DNA of 64,000 nt, from assembly GCF_009834535.1 (NCBI RefSeq), contig NC_045697.1, positions 115,384,001-115,448,000 on the forward strand. Reading direction: 5' to 3'. The position numbers were made by a program, and so were the translations under genes. Of this stretch, positions 63,960-64,000 are shown one piece after another (positions within the stretch are counted from its first letter, which is position 1; every line of letters begins with the position of its first letter). Below the pieces are notes generated by a model that saw nothing but the letters and a program-made list of their open reading frames with translations, was not told where the DNA came from and ran no database searches. The DNA is from Camelus ferus. Lineage: Eukaryota.

Positions 63960-64000
63960 GTTAGGAGTTCGAGATTTGCAGATACTGACTGGTCTATACA
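63960..64000 (+). mobile_element. L1 3'UTR fragment running off the window end
   Basis: 'taggagttcgagatttgcagatactgact' matches the L1 3'UTR seen at 48822 and 19633. Confidence 0.65.

Noticed and set aside
1..64000. ORFs in the supplied track as real genes
   Set aside because: All are 155 aa or shorter, many start at non-ATG codons, and none resembles a host protein I recognise. Those with recognisable motifs are L1 ORF2 or ERV gag/pol debris.
1..64000. CRISPR arrays, prokaryotic defence systems, operons, rRNA or mitochondrial insertions
   Set aside because: The sequence is mammalian nuclear DNA. I saw no repeat-spacer array, no dense coding blocks and no rRNA or mtDNA-like sequence.

Overview
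AT-rich, repeat-dense mammalian genomic DNA, very probably from a camelid (camel, alpaca, llama or vicuna), because it carries six copies of a tRNA-derived SINE matching the camelid Vic-1 family. I recognise no host protein-coding gene, RNA gene or processed pseudogene. The ORF track consists of chance ORFs plus broken L1 ORF2 and retroviral pol pieces, so the window reads as intergenic or deep intronic. The largest feature is a decayed, 3'-truncated class I (gammaretrovirus-like, ERV1) provirus on the minus strand (~7.8-12.6 kb; LTR-leader-gag-pro-RT-RNase H-partial integrase). Beside it is an old ERVL (LTR16/ERV3-16A3-like) remnant. Also present are several solo LTRs, many L1 3' fragments, L2, MIR, Tigger/hAT DNA-transposon fossils and microsatellites. 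I found no evidence of a new biological system. The best second-look items are small: a 31-bp patch apparently copied from a neighbouring L1 copy, a possible SINE-L1 chimeric insertion, a twin-primed L1, a strong CTCF-like site with upstream motif, duplications in the ERV LTR and leader, and a few unassigned exon-like segments. All family names come from by-eye recall of consensus sequences and need RepeatMasker/Dfam confirmation; most boundaries are approximate.
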